Assembly (NCBI RefSeq): GCF_006345805.1 | Contig: NW_021824260.1 | Span: 1-22,942 of the forward strand | Source: Octopus sinensis | Taxonomy: Eukaryota | Length of the DNA stretch: 22,942 nt | Reading direction: 5' to 3' | Shown: one piece after another, positions 20,703 through 22,942 of the stretch | How positions within the stretch are numbered: position 1 is the stretch's first letter | Layout of the letters: the number at the start of each line of letters is the position of its first letter | Translations under genes and position numbers: made by a program | Notes under the pieces: model-generated | What the model saw: only the letters and a program-made list of their open reading frames with translations | What the model was told of the DNA's origin: nothing | Databases searched by the model: none

Positions 20703-21044
20703 GGAAATTGCAGCTGTGATACCAGTGCCGGTGGCACATAAGAGAACCGTCCGAATGTGGCCGTTGCTAGCGCCGCCCCGACTGGCCTCCGTGCCGGTGG
20801 CACGTAAAAAGCACCATCCGATTGTGGCCATTTGCCAGCCTCGTCTGGCACCTGTGCAGGTGGCACATAAAAAGCACCCACTACACTCATGGAGTGGTTG
20901 GCGTTAGGAAGGGCATCCAGCTGTAGAAACACTGCCAGATCAGACTGGGCCTGGCGCAGCCTACTGGCTCCCCAGACCCCAGTTGAACCGTCCAACCCAT
21001 GCTAGCATAGAGAACGGACGTTAAACGATGATGATGATGATGAT
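20703..21044 (+). mobile_element. RTE-derived non-autonomous (bipartite-type) retroelement with (GAT)n tail
   Basis: ~60-nt internal subrepeats, the RTE-5'-type motif GGCGTTAGGAAGGGCATCCAGC.GTA at 20900, and the 3' end CCAACCCATGCTAGCAT..AACGGACGTTAAACGATGAT. Confidence 0.6.
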
Positions 21045-21321
21045 GATTATTGAGTGAGAGAACAGCACATGTCATCAAATTGACACTGGGGTAAGATATA
21101 TGAAGCCCGGTATACCCATCACAACTACCCGTCTGATAAGGGTACACAAGGCACATGCATCACAACCATACGTGTGTGACATGGTGATCTCACATCAAGA
21201 TAAACAGCGCATGACCTTGCAGGTGGGGCCCAGTTAGATTTCTCTTCCAGTCGAGTAGCCCCTCCCACTCAAAACGTCCCTGAACAAGGTTTGTTTAAGG
21301 ATGTTGAATGAAACACCCATG
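21045..21321 (-). mobile_element. Unclassified dispersed repeat (also 21681-21957; another copy begins at ~22913)
   Basis: It begins ATTATTGAGTGAGAG at all three sites. Orientation is inferred from a probable (AAT)n tail on the minus strand. Confidence 0.5.
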
Positions 21322-21680
21322 GTAAAAGCACCATCCGCTTGTGTCCATTGCCAGCCTCGCCTGGCCCTGTGCCGGTAGCACGTAAAAGCACTATCCGTTC
21401 GTCTCCATTGCCAGCTCAAGCCTGGCCCCCCATGCCGGTGGCACGTAAAAACACCATCCGTTCGTGGCCGTTGCCAGCTCTGTCTGGCACCTGTGCGGGT
21501 GGCACGTAAAAAGCACCCACTACACTCACGGAGTGTGTTGGCGTTAGGAAGGGCATCCAGCCGTAGAAACACACCAATCTGACTGGGCCTGATGAAGCCT
21601 TCTGGCTTCACAGACCCCAGTTAAACCGTCCAACCCATGCTAGCATGGAAAACGGACGCTAAATTGATGATGATGATGAT
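21322..21680 (+). mobile_element. RTE-derived non-autonomous retroelement (duplicate at 21958-22317)
   Basis: Subrepeat starts GTAAAA at 21322, 21382, 21445 and 21506; GGCGTTAGGAAGGGCATCCAGCCGTA motif; (GAT)n tail. Confidence 0.65.
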
Positions 21681-22493
21681 GATTATTGAGTGAGAGAAAC
21701 AGCACATGTCATCAAATTGACACTGGGGTAAGATATAGAAGCCCCGGTTACCCATCACAACTACCCGTCTGATAAGGGTACACAAGCAGCATGCATCACA
21801 ACCATACGTGTGTGACATGGTGATCTCACATCAAGATAAACAGCGCATGACCTTGCAGGTGGGGCCCAGTTAGATTTCTCTTCCAGTCGAGTAGCCCCTC
21901 CCACTCAAAACGTCCCTGAACAAGGTTTGTTTAAGGATGTTGAATGAAACACCCATGGTAAAAGCACCATCCGCTTGTGTCCATTGCCAGCCTCGCCTGG
22001 CCCTGTGCCGGTAGCACGTAAAAGCACTATCCGTTCGTCTCCATTGCCAGCTCAAGCCTGGCCCCCCATGCCGGTGGCACGTAAAAACACCATCCGTTCG
22101 TGGCCGTTTGCCAGCTCTGTCTGGCACCTGTGCGGGTGGCACGTAAAAAGCACCCACTACACTCACGGAGTGGTTGGCGTTAGGAAGGGCATCCAGCCGT
22201 AGAAACACACCAAATCTGACTGGGCCTGATGAAGCCTTCTGGCTTCACAGACCCCAGTTAAACCGTCCAACCCATGCTAGCATGGAAAACGGACGCTAAA
22301 TGATGATGATGATGATGAATTATTCAAACCCCAAAGAATTCCTCTCAACATGTGGCTATGATGCTCCCCCGCTACTCCTACACATGATCAAAGATATACA
22401 TATCGTCAGCCACTAAGGGACATGCTCAACTGGTTAAGGTCAAGAAACTGATTATTATTATTATTATTGTTGTTGTTGTTGTTGTTGCTATGA

Positions 22494-22717
22494 GGCAGTG
22501 AACTGGTAGAGTTGATAGCACACTGGATAAAATGCTTAACTGTATTTTGCCTGATGCTACGTTCTGAGTTCAAATTCCACCGAGGTCGACTTTGCCTTTC
22601 ATCCTTTCGGGGTCGATAATTTAAGAACCAGCTGAGAAGTGGGGTCAATGTAATCAACTTGTCTCCTCTACCAAAATTCCAGCCTTTGTGTCTTTAGTAG
22701 AAAGGATTATTATTATT
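22494..22717 (+). mobile_element. tRNA-derived SINE with (ATT)n tail, possibly Meta-domain type
   Basis: B box GAGTTCAAATTCC and central GCCTTTCATCCTTTCGGGGTCGATAA, which resembles a conserved SINE central domain (superfamily assignment from recollection), followed by an ATT tail. Confidence 0.65.
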
Positions 22718-22724
22718 GATCTTG

Positions 22725-22733
22725 CTATTGTTG

Positions 22734-22780
<47 letters not shown>

Positions 22781-22796
22781 GTTATTATTATTATTA

Positions 22797-22837
<41 letters not shown>

Positions 22838-22917
22838 GTTATTGTTATTATTATTATTATTATTATTTTATTATTATTATTATTATTATTAATTTTATTG
22901 TTATTATTATTATTATT
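22725..22917. repeat. (ATT)n microsatellite
   Basis: Direct reading of the sequence. Confidence 0.95.
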
Positions 22918-22942
22918 GAGTGAGAGAGCCAGTGCATGCCAT

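Larger units (their letters stand above)
21045..22318. repeat. Near-identical tandem duplication, period 636 bp
   Basis: 21045-21680 and 21681-22318 are colinear; the differences are mostly single-base indels. Confidence 0.95.

Noticed and set aside
21586-21610. CTGATGAAGCC-TTCT-GGCTTC (also at ~22222)
   Set aside because: No GAAA or stem III follows, and the homologous copy at ~20950 reads CTGGCGCAGCC, so the core match is incidental.
20703-22317. ~60-nt periodic repeats as a CRISPR array
   Set aside because: The context is eukaryotic, the intervening sequences are homologous rather than unique spacers, and there are no cas genes.

Overview
This is gene-poor, very repeat-rich eukaryotic DNA, most likely octopus (cephalopod) intergenic or intronic sequence. 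That inference rests on the dense (TA)n/(GATA)n/(CAT)n/(GGT)n microsatellites and on tRNA-headed CORE-type SINEs resembling octopus families. No host protein-coding exon can be supported; almost all ORFs in the track are translations of simple repeats. The window contains several tRNA-derived SINEs, RTE-clade LINE remnants, RTE-derived non-autonomous elements, GGT-rich higher-order minisatellites, a ~636-bp near-identical tandem duplication, a perfect 31-bp inverted repeat and an isolated RFX X-box. The most notable signal is a set of up to eight minimal type-I hammerhead-ribozyme-like motifs in at least five unrelated short repeats. They share a 4-6 bp stem I, a C(U/C)GANGA...GAAA core, a mostly palindromic stem III suggesting dimeric cleavage, and a GUH site. 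One is fused to a tRNA-derived Pol III head. All calls were made by eye, without searches or folding software.
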